A stretch of 64,000 nt of DNA from an uncultured delta proteobacterium (lineage in GTDB: Bacteria > Myxococcota_A > Polyangia > Fen-1088): NCBI GenBank assembly GCA_963737265.1, contig CAVTRY010000011.1, positions 224,001-288,000 on the forward strand, in the 5' to 3' direction. A model generated the notes under the pieces. It was not told where the DNA came from. It saw nothing but the letters and a program-made list of their open reading frames with translations, and made no database searches. Shown piece by piece: positions 22,617-32,676 of the stretch. Position numbers and translations under genes: made by a program. Each line of letters begins with the position of its first letter. Positions within the stretch are counted from its first letter, which is position 1.

Positions 22617-23879
22617 ATGTCCCGCAAACCAGCAATGTTCGTCAGCAGTGAAAAGTCCGATCCCGACGACGGGCATGCCGTCGCGCGCGATTCGGCCGCC
22701 AAGGTGGTGCTCAAGCGGGGGCGCGCCCGACCTCTCTGGTTCGGTCATCCCTGGGTGTACGCCAACGCCGTCGACCGTGTCGAGGGCAGAGTCGAGCCCG
22801 GGTGTGTGATTTCGCTCCTCGATCATGACGGCCGCTTCATCGGCCGCGGCATCTACAATTCGCGTTCGCAGATTCCGATTCGCCTGCTTTCGCGCCAGGA
22901 AGAGGCAATCGATGCTCCGTTTTTCAATCGGCGCCTGCGCGCGGCACAGCTACTGCGATCCAGCCTGGCCCTGCCCGACGCGAAAAACACCGCCTATCGC
23001 CTGGTGAACAGCGAGGGCGACGACTTGCCCGGGCTGGTCGTCGACGTATTCGGCGACGCCGTGGCGTTTCAGGTGACGACGCTCGGGATGTCGCTGTGGC
23101 GCGAGGAAATCGTGGCGGCTCTCGGGGACGTGCTTGCGCCAGTGTCCGTCTACGAAGTGTCGGCGGGCAGCTTCGCCGACGTCGAGGGGTTCGTCGCGGA
23201 GTCACGCATCGTGGGCGGCGAATCGCGCATCTCGGTGCCTTGTTTGGAAGACGGGATCCAGCTGGAGGTTGAACCGTTGGCGGGACAGAAGACCGGGCTC
23301 TTCCTCGACCAGCGGCCGAGCCGCATGCGAGTGGGCGAGATCGTGCGCGCGGCGCCTCGCAAGTTCCAGCGCGTGCTCGACTGCTATGCCTACGCTGGCG
23401 GCTTCTCCCTGCAGGCCGCGCGCGCCGGGGCAGGGGAGATCACCGCGGTGGACAGCTCGTCTCGCGCCGTGGCGCGCGTCGAAGCCCACGCGCAAGCCAA
23501 CGGCGCAAAGATTCGGGCGGTGGAGTCGGACGCCTTCCGTTTTCTGGAAACTGCCACACCCCATTCCTACGATCTGGTGGTGGTGGATCCGCCGAAGTTC
23601 GCGCGGGCGCGAAAGGATCTGGAGGCCGCCATCAAGGGGTATGAACGGCTGAACGCACTCGCGCTTACGGCATGCGCGCCGGGTGCAGTGCTGGTGACCT
23701 GCTCGTGCTCGCAGAACGTCAGCGCGGAGGATTTTGAACGCATCGTCGCCGCCGGCGCCCGGCAAGCCAGCCGTCATGTTCGAATCGTCGACCGTCTAGG
23801 ACCCGGTCCCGACCATCCTTTGCCACCCGGATTCAGCGAGGGTCAATACTTAAAGGTCTTCTTTGTCTACGTGTCGTAA
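22617..23879 (+). CDS. rlmI: 23S rRNA m5C1962 methyltransferase RlmI-like
   Basis: PUA domain (GHPWVY), EGDDLPGLVVD, GQKTGLFLDQR, VVDPPKF, TCSCS. Confidence 0.88.
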   Translation: MSRKPAMFVSSEKSDPDDGHAVARDSAAKVVLKRGRARPLWFGHPWVYANAVDRVEGRVEPGCVISLLDHDGRFIGRGIYNSRSQIPIRLLSRQEEAIDAPFFNRRLRAAQLLRSSLALPDAKNTAYRLVNSEGDDLPGLVVDVFGDAVAFQVTTLGMSLWREEIVAALGDVLAPVSVYEVSAGSFADVEGFVAESRIVGGESRISVPCLEDGIQLEVEPLAGQKTGLFLDQRPSRMRVGEIVRAAPRKFQRVLDCYAYAGGFSLQAARAGAGEITAVDSSSRAVARVEAHAQANGAKIRAVESDAFRFLETATPHSYDLVVVDPPKFARARKDLEAAIKGYERLNALALTACAPGAVLVTCSCSQNVSAEDFERIVAAGARQASRHVRIVDRLGPGPDHPLPPGFSEGQYLKVFFVYVS

Positions 23880-23885
23880 GTCTGG

Positions 23886-24260
23886 CTACTTGCTAGGAAG
23901 AACGCCGGTTGGAGAGGTTTGCAACACGACGATGTAGTAGACCAACATCGCCACGATCATGGCCAACGAAACCCACTCGAAGGGGATGCGCCCGAAGAGC
24001 AGATAGCGCTTGGCGAAGAAACGACCGCGCGATCGTTTGTTGATCTGGGCCTGCACATTCGCCAGGAAGGCGCCCGGCGCGGTTCGCTTGAGAACGCCGA
24101 GCCCGCCCACGGTCTGGCGGAAGCGCTCCAGAGACACTCGGCACTGGATGCACGTCGCCAGGTGCTCGTCGACTCGGGCGCGCTCGGCGGGGGGCAAGTC
24201 GCCATCGACGTAGGCCGAGAATGCCCGCGTGGTTCGTTCGTGGTTTTCGGTCAAGTTCAC
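23886..24260 (-). CDS. zinc-finger (HxxxCxxC) anti-sigma factor with TM helix
   Basis: SAYVDGDL...HLATCIQC; C-terminal hydrophobic helix; overlaps the ECF sigma gene. Confidence 0.88.
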   Translation of the reverse strand: MNLTENHERTTRAFSAYVDGDLPPAERARVDEHLATCIQCRVSLERFRQTVGGLGVLKRTAPGAFLANVQAQINKRSRGRFFAKRYLLFGRIPFEWVSLAMIVAMLVYYIVVLQTSPTGVLPSK

Positions 24261-24841
24261 TTCAGTTTCCCCTCAAGCGCGTCCTTGAGCGCCATGCGAG
24301 CGCGATGCAGGCGCGATTTCACCGTGCCTTCCGGCAGCCCGGTGATTTCCACGATTTCGTCGTAGGACAGTTCTTCCACATCGCGCAGCACTACCAGGAG
24401 GCGCTGTTCTTCGTCGAGGTTGGCAATCGCCGTTTGCAGGATTTTCTCCGTCTCGGCCGCTTCCAGCACCACGTCCGGGGCATCGAAGTGTGCTTGTGCC
24501 GGCGCCTTGCCTTCATCGGCCATTTCGGTGGCATCCGAGCCGTCGCGCAGTTCTTGCCCGCTGGTCCTGCGGCGGGAAAGGTACTTGATTCGGTTCTTCG
24601 AATGGTTGGCGGCGATGCGCAGGATCCAGGTGGAGAGCTTGGCCTCGCCGCGGTAGCTCTCGATGTTCTTGAAGACCGTCACGAAGACTTCCTGGGCCAG
24701 GTCTTCCGCTTCGGCCGGCGAACCCACCATGCGCAGAACCAGGCTGTAGACGCGGTCGCTGTAACTTCTCACCACCTCGTTGAAGGCATCTTCGTCCCGC
24801 TTGAGCAGGCGATTGATGAGAAGGCGTTCCGACAAGCTCAT
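24257..24841 (-). CDS. ECF RNA polymerase sigma factor (RpoE-like)
   Basis: AEDLAQEVF, STWILRIAAN, LSYDEI...GTVKSRLHRAR. Confidence 0.93.
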   Translation of the reverse strand: MSLSERLLINRLLKRDEDAFNEVVRSYSDRVYSLVLRMVGSPAEAEDLAQEVFVTVFKNIESYRGEAKLSTWILRIAANHSKNRIKYLSRRRTSGQELRDGSDATEMADEGKAPAQAHFDAPDVVLEAAETEKILQTAIANLDEEQRLLVVLRDVEELSYDEIVEITGLPEGTVKSRLHRARMALKDALEGKLK

Positions 24842-25002
24842 TTCGAACCGTGTTCGCTGGCCGCCGGGCTGCGATACCCGGTCGAGTTTTTCGCCGAAAC
24901 CGGCTGCTGCGGTCGGTGGCAGGGACGCCTCCACGTCTCTACTGACACCGCCGCGAGCAGGAAGTTCCGGGGGAATAGCAAGCGAAGGCCAGTCTAACCG
25001 GA

Positions 25003-25887
25003 TTACATGCTGGGAACGAAGAGACGTGCGCTGATTCCCACCACGGTCGACTTGTTGTTCCCCGAGATGTCCTGGCGCATTCCGAGGTCGAGGGCGCCCA
25101 CGTCCGCCGACAGTAGCGAAAACCCCGCCGAGACGTAGCCGTTCTTGGTCAGGCCGTCGTGACCGCCGCCGGCGCGAACGGCCGCCGCCGAGGCGAACGA
25201 GAATTCGCCACCGCCCATGAAATAGTAGACTTGGTCGCGGGTGACGTCGCCGTAGACCTTCTGCAGGACCGTGTCGAAGACGAAGAGCAGGCCGGGGATG
25301 GGAAGAAGGGCGACTCCGCCGCCCACGCCACGTGGCGCCCACGGCGTTCCAAGGTCGCGCAGGTTGTAGGCGACGGCGGCGAGCGAGAACAAGGGCACCG
25401 GACGAATGGTCAAGCCGGCATCGAAGGTGAACCCGATGTGTTTTTCGTCGGTCTCGTCGGTGAAATGGACGTACTTCACATTTCCGCCGAGAAAGATCTT
25501 ATCGAGCACTGGAAACGACAGCGAGCCGCCGACGAGATGCCCGATTCGCGTCTGGCCGTCGGCGGGAGAATCGTGATGATAGGTATAGTAAAGTGCGCCG
25601 CCCACGTTGAATCCCGAGGTGGAGTCCACCGCCGAGACGCGCGCGTCGTTCGAGTTGTCCGTCTTTCCGTATTGATAAGCGCCCTCGAGGAAATACGCTC
25701 GCATGAGCGAGATCCCGGATGGATTGAGCTGCGGTCCCGAGTCGCCGGTGGCGACAGCGCGCATGGCTCCGCCGGTCCCGAGAGGCCGCGCGCCGGGAAA
25801 TTGGGTCCCATCGGCACGCGCGAAATTGGCGAAACCGAAAAGACCGGTGACGGCGAGGGCGGCAAGAGCAGCAGTCCTGGAAATCAT
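25003..25887 (-). CDS. outer-membrane beta-barrel protein (FadL/PorV-like)
   Basis: Signal peptide, GARPLGTGGA...LNPSG hatch-like motif, alternating beta strands. Confidence 0.6.
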   Translation of the reverse strand: MISRTAALAALAVTGLFGFANFARADGTQFPGARPLGTGGAMRAVATGDSGPQLNPSGISLMRAYFLEGAYQYGKTDNSNDARVSAVDSTSGFNVGGALYYTYHHDSPADGQTRIGHLVGGSLSFPVLDKIFLGGNVKYVHFTDETDEKHIGFTFDAGLTIRPVPLFSLAAVAYNLRDLGTPWAPRGVGGGVALLPIPGLLFVFDTVLQKVYGDVTRDQVYYFMGGGEFSFASAAAVRAGGGHDGLTKNGYVSAGFSLLSADVGALDLGMRQDISGNNKSTVVGISARLFVPSM

Positions 25888-25960
25888 GGGGGAATTGTAG
25901 GGCGCAACCGATCCCAGTCCAGAAAGGTGTCGTTGCGTTGCCGACGTCCGGAGCTTTGCC

Positions 25961-26639
25961 TCAGAGACAACCGCGACTGGCCAGGCTGACGAATCCATCG
26001 CTGGCGACAATAACGTGGTCGAGGACCGCGATGCCACAGAGTTCGCCGACCTGTTTCAAGCGGGTGGTCAATTCCATGTCCTGCCGGGAGGGGTTCGGGT
26101 TACCCGACGGGTGGTTGTGGCAAAAGATGACCGAAGCCGCCGCGCCGCGGATAAGGGTGCGAAACACATCGCGCGGGTGCACTTCCACGCCGGTGAGCGA
26201 ACCCCGTGCGACGCAGGATTCAAAGAGCATGCGATGGCGGACGTCGAGCGCCAGTAGCCAGAATTCCTCGACCGGAGAGTTGGCCAGCCGGGCCCGGTAG
26301 TGCGTCCAGACGTCGGCTGAATTGGCCAGAACGCTGGCCACGTTCGGGACGAATACCGGTCACCCGGCGGCCGAGCTCGATGGCGGCTTGGATGCCCGCC
26401 GCACGCGCTGGCCCCACGCCCGGCAACGCGCACAGCTCTGCCTCCGCGCATTCCGCCAGTCGGCGCAGATCGCCGGCTTGCGCCAGCAGGTCGTGCGCGA
26501 TTTCCAAGACATTTTGCCCCGGCCTACCCGAGCCGAGGAGAATGGCTAAAAGCTCGGCGTCGGAGAGACTTGCGGGACCGCTGGTGAGCAGTCGTTCGCG
26601 CGGTCGGTTTTCTGGAGCAAGGTCGAGAAGGGCAGGCAT
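25961..26639 (-). CDS. radC: RadC/JAB-domain protein; frameshift at ~26330, probably a sequencing error
   Basis: RPRERL...LSDAELLAILLGSG in one frame and VHPRDVF...HNHPSG...LDHVI in the next. Confidence 0.9.
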
Positions 26640-26651
26640 GTCGAGCTACTA

Positions 26652-26667
26652 AGCACGCGGCGTGCCA
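26652..26667 (-). promoter_or_regulatory. sigma-54 (-24/-12) promoter of radC
   Basis: Minus strand TGGCACGCCGCGTGCT versus consensus TGGCACG-N4-TTGC(A/T). Confidence 0.6.
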
Positions 26668-26931
26668 GCGTTTCCGTCAAAGTTCCTGTCAAAATAGACA
26701 GCATGTGAATCCTTGCGCATATCCGAGGAGCCGTGCTACCTTTCACCTGCGTTTTCGCAAGGCGAGCACTGTACTCGCCCGGACGCGAGTTGGGTCGCAG
26801 GGTTCCTTAGACCGACCCCAAGGGTGGCCCTGCAATTTGAGGCAATTTGACGGTTGATTTCGGGTGGAAGAAAAGGTCGTGTGGGAAAACGCAACTAATC
26901 CACGCAGAGAGAGTTCGGAGAGGAGTCGAGA

Positions 26932-29304
26932 CTGAGTACCTCACTAGATGGCGAGCAGGCTGAAAAAGCCGCCGCCGATGAGTCTTCGCACAAGGACGCT
27001 GAAACCAGCGCACGGGAGTCTGTCCCCGAGAATGGTGAATCCGAGCCGACGCTGGTGATTCATCTTTCCGACGAGGAAGAGGCTGCCTTACCGCCTGTTC
27101 GTCCGCTCGCCAGCCCCCCGGCGTACACTTCCGTGGTCGCACCGGCCACGGCCGAACCCGTGCGCGAGTATTCACCAGCGCTGCGGCACGCGCTCGATCG
27201 CGCCAAGCCTATTCTCCGCATTCGCGATTTGCGTCCCGGCCAGGCAGAGGTCATCGAATCGGTCCTGATTGGACGCGACACGCTGGCCATCATGCCCACG
27301 GGCAGCGGGAAATCACTGACCTACCAGCTGCCCGCGCTATCGTTGCATGGGCCGACGCTGGTGGTCTCGCCCCTGCTTGCTTTGATCGAAGATCAGGTCG
27401 GCAAGATGAAGACCGCAGGCGTGCCCGTCGCGCGCATCGATTCCACCCGTACCGCCAAGGAGCGCGCTGCGGATCTGGAGGCGGTTCGCGAAGGCAGGAT
27501 CAAGCTCGTGCTCATCACGCCCGAGTCGGTCTGCTCGCCAGCCGTGCAGGATGCGCTCGCCGGTGTGAAGTTTTCGCTTTTTTGCGTCGACGAAGTTCAC
27601 TGTGTGTCGCAGTGGGGCCACGATTTTCGCCCGTCCTACCTGGGTTTGCGTCGTGCCGCCGAAGTGCTAGGAAGGCCGCCCATCCTCGGCCTGACCGCCA
27701 CCGCCACCCCTGCCATCGCTGAAGACGTCCTGGTGCAGCTTGGGATGAAGGATTCGCGCGTCTGCCGCGTTTCCTTCCACCGCCCGAACTTGGCCTTCGA
27801 CGTGCGCAAGGTGGCGGGCGAGGCGGACAAATTACGCGTTCTCGGAAAGCTCATCCAGAGCCTGCGCCGGCCGGGCATCGTCTACTGCGCAACCGTTCGC
27901 GCCGTGGACGAACTTTACGTGGCCCTGCGCCACGGCAAGATTCCGGTCGAACGCTACAACGGCAAGATGACCGGCGACGAGCGTGAGAAAGCGCAAGCAT
28001 CGTTCATGGCCTCGGGGCGCAAGGTGGTCATGATCGCCACCAACGCCTTCGGCCTCGGCGTCGACAAGCCGGATATTCGCTACATCATCCACTACCAGAT
28101 GCCCGGTTCGCCCGAGTCCTACGTGCAGGAAGCGGGTCGTGCCGGCCGCGACGGCAAGCCCGCTCGCTGCGTGCTGCTTTTCCAGCCCGACGACATCGCG
28201 ATTCAGGAACACTTCCTCAAAGAGGCGCATCCCACCAAGACGCAGGCGCGCTTGGTCGCCGAAGGGCTGTACGCCTGGAGCGACGAGGGCAAGGAAGTCT
28301 CGGTACGCGACCTGGCCCTGTCGATGGCACTGCCCGAGCGGCGCGTGCGCGTTGTTCTGTCGGTGCTCGAAGCCATGGGCGTGGCGAAGGAAGTCAAGGC
28401 CGCGCGCTGGGCCGGCGTCGAGCCGCGTCCCACGCGGGCGCAGATCGACAAGGCCTCCAGCGTGTTCGAAGCGCGGCGAATTTCCGATCGCCGCCGTCTG
28501 GCGGAGCTGCTGAAATACATGAATCTGCAGGAGTGCCGGACGCAAATGCTGCGCACGTACTTCGGCGAGGATCCGGGCCCCAAGTGTGGTTTGTGCGACT
28601 CCTGTGCGGGCCTCGACAGCGAGCTCTTCGATCCCGGCGACGCCGATGGCCGCCACGGCCTGCACGCCGCCACCGATTTTCACGGCCGCGCCCGCCGCCG
28701 GCGCCGGCGCGGCGAGAAGCCGGGCGTTCAGCAGCCCGCCCAGCAAGCTCAGCAACCAGCCGCGCGGCAGCGCATCGTGTTCGCCACGCCCATTCCTGAG
28801 GTCATGCCCGCCACCGTGCCTCCGCCGTGGGTGCCGCCGCCGGCTAGCGAGTCCGTTATCGATCCCTCGGTTTGGGAAGGTGCGCCCGCGGAAGGAGCGC
28901 TGCTGGCCGGCGAGATCGCTCTCGACCCGGGCGAAAGCGATGCTTGGATGACCGAGGCAGCGCCGAGCGGCGAGGCCGCCGCGTCGGCGGCGCCCGTTGT
29001 GAGCGATTTCGCCGCGGGCTGGGCATCAATCCGCGACGCGAATATCAGGCCCTTCGTGGAATGGATCGTTCCCTCGCCGGTCTCGCTGCCCGCGCTGCCG
29101 GCCGCGCGCAATGGCGGTGGACAGCAACAGCGGCCGAATCGAGGTGTGGCCCCTCGCCCGCAGCCGCAAAATGGTCAGCAGCCCGGCGATGGAAACCGCA
29201 AGCGCCGCCGACGCCGTCGCCACGGCGGGCGCCCACACGTCGAACCCGAAGCTCGCAACCGTACGCCGAGGCTCCCCGGCGTCTACAATCCCGGCGGCGA
29301 CTGA
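26932..29304 (+). CDS. recQ: RecQ-family ATP-dependent DNA helicase with a long disordered C-terminal tail (start CTG 26932 or GTG 27055)
   Basis: MPTGSGKS, DEVHCVSQWGHDFRP, QEAGRAGRDG, Zn-binding CR...CGLCDSC. Confidence 0.9.
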   Translation: MSTSLDGEQAEKAAADESSHKDAETSARESVPENGESEPTLVIHLSDEEEAALPPVRPLASPPAYTSVVAPATAEPVREYSPALRHALDRAKPILRIRDLRPGQAEVIESVLIGRDTLAIMPTGSGKSLTYQLPALSLHGPTLVVSPLLALIEDQVGKMKTAGVPVARIDSTRTAKERAADLEAVREGRIKLVLITPESVCSPAVQDALAGVKFSLFCVDEVHCVSQWGHDFRPSYLGLRRAAEVLGRPPILGLTATATPAIAEDVLVQLGMKDSRVCRVSFHRPNLAFDVRKVAGEADKLRVLGKLIQSLRRPGIVYCATVRAVDELYVALRHGKIPVERYNGKMTGDEREKAQASFMASGRKVVMIATNAFGLGVDKPDIRYIIHYQMPGSPESYVQEAGRAGRDGKPARCVLLFQPDDIAIQEHFLKEAHPTKTQARLVAEGLYAWSDEGKEVSVRDLALSMALPERRVRVVLSVLEAMGVAKEVKAARWAGVEPRPTRAQIDKASSVFEARRISDRRRLAELLKYMNLQECRTQMLRTYFGEDPGPKCGLCDSCAGLDSELFDPGDADGRHGLHAATDFHGRARRRRRRGEKPGVQQPAQQAQQPAARQRIVFATPIPEVMPATVPPPWVPPPASESVIDPSVWEGAPAEGALLAGEIALDPGESDAWMTEAAPSGEAAASAAPVVSDFAAGWASIRDANIRPFVEWIVPSPVSLPALPAARNGGGQQQRPNRGVAPRPQPQNGQQPGDGNRKRRRRRRHGGRPHVEPEARNRTPRLPGVYNPGGD

Positions 29305-29323
29305 AGACTGCGGCAAAAGGCTC

Positions 29324-31120
29324 TTAACGACCGAAGATGCGGTGGAAGAGTGACTTCTTGGGCTCGGGTTTCTTCTTGAGCACCACCTTGACGCTTTGGT
29401 TCTTACGGTCCTTCACCACGAAACGCCTAGTCGCGGGCAAGTAGCCCTTCTTCACGAACTTCAGCTCGAAGGTGATTCCCGGACGGAAGCGCAAATTGAG
29501 CGGCGCTCGACCGAACACGCGCTTGCCCAGGCTGACGACCGCGCCCTCCGGCGTGGATACGACGTAAACCGAGATCGCTGTCGCGGCTGGAGCGCTGGCC
29601 TTCGCGGCAACCTGCTTTCCTCGGCCCGGGATACCCTCGTCCTCGTCGATAACTCGATCGCTATTGGCCGGCTCGGCGTTTTTGAGCAGGGCTTCCTCTT
29701 CTTCGTCGTCCTTGGTCTCGGCTGTCGCGCCGACGGCGGGCTTGGCGGGCGCGGCTGGTAGGGCGGCCGCACCGGAATCGACTAGCGCCGGGCTTGCGTC
29801 GACGGCGGCGAGCGGCGCCGGTACCGCAGCGGCCTTGGTTTCGGCCTCGGCGTGCTTCGCGTGTCGGTCGGGTGGGTGTTGGGCACGGTTGCTGTCGGGA
29901 AGGGCGAGCCACGCGCCGAATGCCAGGGCGGCAAGGATCAGGGCAAAGGCGATGATACGGCCGGGAATGTGGCTTGGTTGCAGGGCCACCGGCGTGGACG
30001 CCGTGGTCTTGTCCGCGGAGTGGGGTCGGATGACCGGCAGCTCTGGCGGCGTGGCTGCGACGGTTTCCTGAATGCCACGAAGCAGGTCGTCGATTTCGAT
30101 GGCGTTCGACTCGTCGAAGACGACTTCGGCGCCTTCGCCGACGTCGATCTCCTGGCTGATGGCCGGGGCCGGAAGCGCGGTCGCGGCGTGCGAGATGGTC
30201 GGGCAATTGTCGCGTTGTTGAAGCTCCGCCAGCCAGCGCTTGAGCTCGGTCTGACCTGATGGCTTGTAAACCGTGCGCTGAACGTTCTCGATATCGACCA
30301 GCATCTCGTCGGCGCTCTGGTAGCGATCGGCTGGTCGTGCCTGCATGACCCGGCGGAGGATCTTGACCAGGTGCGGGTTCAGATCGGGCTTCGCGGTCTC
30401 GGGCGGGGTGAAGCGGCACTCGCGTACCCGCATGATGGCTTCGAGATCGGTCGGCGCGTCGAAGGGGCGGCGGCCAACAAAGAAAAGGTAGAGGATGGTG
30501 CCGAGCGCAAAGAGATCGGAGCGGCCGTCAAGCACCGCGCCCGAGGCTTGCTCGGGCGACATGAAGGCAAGCTTGCCCTTGATCACGCCCTGACTCGTGT
30601 GCTCGCGCCGGCCCATGGCCTTGGCGATGCCGAAATCGGTCAGCTTGACCTCGCCCTGTTCGCTGATGAGCACGTTCTGCGGGCTGACGTCGCGATGGAC
30701 GATGGCCAGCGGTTGGCCGTCGCGCGCGCGCGCATGGGCGTAGGCGAGGGCGCGGCAGATTTCGGCCGCGATATAGAGAATGATCTCGGGCGGAACGGGA
30801 AAGCGCCCGACCGTGGCGCGCGCCATGATCTGGCTCAGGTCCCAGCCGTCCACCAGCTCCATCACCAGGAAGTAGCGCCCGCGCACGTGCCCTAGGTCGA
30901 GCACCTGGACGATATTGCTGTGGTTGAGCCCCATGGCGACGTGGGCCTCGTCGATGAGCATGTTGCGGAACTGTGGATCCGCCACCAGCGGCGCCAAAAT
31001 CCGCTTGAGCACGACCGGGCGCTCGAACCCTTCCATGCCGTGCTGGGTGCCGAGAAAAATCTCGGCCATGCCGCCGTCAGCAATCTTGCGAGCGATGCGG
31101 TATTTCCCGGCCTTCGGCAT
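29324..31120 (-). CDS. Ser/Thr protein kinase with TM segment and PEGA-like C-terminus
   Basis: GGMAEIF, HRDVSPQN, DFGIAK, MSPEQ; C-terminal VSTPEGAVV. Confidence 0.93.
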   Translation of the reverse strand: MPKAGKYRIARKIADGGMAEIFLGTQHGMEGFERPVVLKRILAPLVADPQFRNMLIDEAHVAMGLNHSNIVQVLDLGHVRGRYFLVMELVDGWDLSQIMARATVGRFPVPPEIILYIAAEICRALAYAHARARDGQPLAIVHRDVSPQNVLISEQGEVKLTDFGIAKAMGRREHTSQGVIKGKLAFMSPEQASGAVLDGRSDLFALGTILYLFFVGRRPFDAPTDLEAIMRVRECRFTPPETAKPDLNPHLVKILRRVMQARPADRYQSADEMLVDIENVQRTVYKPSGQTELKRWLAELQQRDNCPTISHAATALPAPAISQEIDVGEGAEVVFDESNAIEIDDLLRGIQETVAATPPELPVIRPHSADKTTASTPVALQPSHIPGRIIAFALILAALAFGAWLALPDSNRAQHPPDRHAKHAEAETKAAAVPAPLAAVDASPALVDSGAAALPAAPAKPAVGATAETKDDEEEEALLKNAEPANSDRVIDEDEGIPGRGKQVAAKASAPAATAISVYVVSTPEGAVVSLGKRVFGRAPLNLRFRPGITFELKFVKKGYLPATRRFVVKDRKNQSVKVVLKKKPEPKKSLFHRIFGR

Positions 31121-31131
31121 GGGCGCGCAGT

Positions 31132-32676
31132 TTACTTCTCGAACAGGGTATTCGCGGAGACGATCTTGATGTGGGGTGCAGATAGCGGCAGCGGGTAGCC
31201 CTCGATGAGTTTGTCTTCCTTGAGCACCTCGGCAGGCGTGTCCTTGGTGTCGTACACGACGGGCGTCGGTTTGCCGGCGGCGAGCTTGTGGGCCAGGTCT
31301 TTGACTTTGTCGCCCACCACGACCACGGCGAGGTTCTTGGTGGCAAGGTGCTTGCGGACCGCCCGATCCACATCGTCCTTGGTCATCGCGGGCAGGCGGC
31401 GCTTGAGCTCCGCCACGACGTCCTTGCCGTAAATAGCGGCATCAATGGCGTAGCCGAGCCGGCGCGAGCCGTCCTGCGCCCACAGGTTGATGTAGTTGAG
31501 CAGAAAGGCGCGCGTGGCAACGAAGCTCGCCGCGGGAATGCCGTCGCGAATCAGTCGGTCGGTCTCGAAGATGGCCTCGCGGATGGCGAAGCCGGTGCTG
31601 GCGGGCGGAATCGGGCGCAGCCAGATCTCGAAGTGCTGCTGCCGGCGCGGGATGTTGGTGAGCGGAAAGGTGGTCCAGCCGTCCTGGATGAAGTTTTCCA
31701 CGTAGGCGTAATCGCCGTAGTTCAGCCCGCGCTTTTGGCGCATGGCGAGCATCAGCACGCCGTTGAACGTCCGGTGCTCGCCGAGGTACGATGCCGCCAC
31801 GACGAGCGGATAGAAGTCGTCGTCGTCGCGGGTGACGTCGATGGCACAGCCCATGGAAATGGCGTTGCCAAGCGATTGCTTTTCCACCAGCAGCACCTCC
31901 ATGCCGGCGCGCGCGGGTGGCGGTGCAAGCTCGGCACGCGCCTTGCCCGTCGCGGGTAGAACGGCGAAGCGCGCGGCAAAGGCTTCGGAAAAGGTTTCGG
32001 GATAGCCGCCGGCAACCCCGATCAGCAGACGATCTTGCGTGAAATGCTCGGCGTAGAAGCGCTTCACATCGTCGAGGCCAAGCGCGGACAAGCCCGCCAC
32101 CGTGCCGGGCGTTGGATGCCCGTAGGCATGGCCGGCATAGATCACGGTGCCGAGGGCTTGCTTGCCCAGGTCCTCGTCGTCGTTCCCGCGCAAGGTTTTG
32201 GTGATGGCGTCGAGCGCGTCCTGCTTGAGCCGGGTGAAGTCCTCGCTGGAAAAGCGCGGGGTCAGGATCTGCTCGGCCAGCAGCGACGCAAATGCCTCCA
32301 GGTTGTCGCGGTGGACGGTGCCGGTGAAGACGAAGGCGTCCTTGTCCCCGTAGACGTGAATATCCGCTGCCATCGGATAGAGCGCATCCAGCACCTCGGA
32401 CCACGTCCGCCGTACCGTGCTGCCTTCGCCCAGCATCGCGGCGGTCAGTGCAGCCAGCCCTTCGCGTCCCGCCGGGTCGTCGGCAGCCCCGACCTGGAAA
32501 ACCAGACGGAGCGCGACCAGCGGGCTATTCGGTGAAGGCAGCCGGACCACGCGAATGGGGCTGGCCTCCGCATGGGCGAGGGCAGGAGCGGCGGCCATGG
32601 CCGCGACAGAGAGGAGCATAGCGAAAAACCTCCGGTGAAACGCGAACGAGTTCAAAATGCTTGGCGCGGCGGTCAT
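31132..32676 (-). CDS. M16 peptidase family, non-catalytic subunit
   Basis: G..DPAGREGLAALTAAMLGEG without HxxEH; translationally coupled to the M16 catalytic gene. Confidence 0.88.
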   Translation of the reverse strand: MTAAPSILNSFAFHRRFFAMLLSVAAMAAAPALAHAEASPIRVVRLPSPNSPLVALRLVFQVGAADDPAGREGLAALTAAMLGEGSTVRRTWSEVLDALYPMAADIHVYGDKDAFVFTGTVHRDNLEAFASLLAEQILTPRFSSEDFTRLKQDALDAITKTLRGNDDEDLGKQALGTVIYAGHAYGHPTPGTVAGLSALGLDDVKRFYAEHFTQDRLLIGVAGGYPETFSEAFAARFAVLPATGKARAELAPPPARAGMEVLLVEKQSLGNAISMGCAIDVTRDDDDFYPLVVAASYLGEHRTFNGVLMLAMRQKRGLNYGDYAYVENFIQDGWTTFPLTNIPRRQQHFEIWLRPIPPASTGFAIREAIFETDRLIRDGIPAASFVATRAFLLNYINLWAQDGSRRLGYAIDAAIYGKDVVAELKRRLPAMTKDDVDRAVRKHLATKNLAVVVVGDKVKDLAHKLAAGKPTPVVYDTKDTPAEVLKEDKLIEGYPLPLSAPHIKIVSANTLFEK

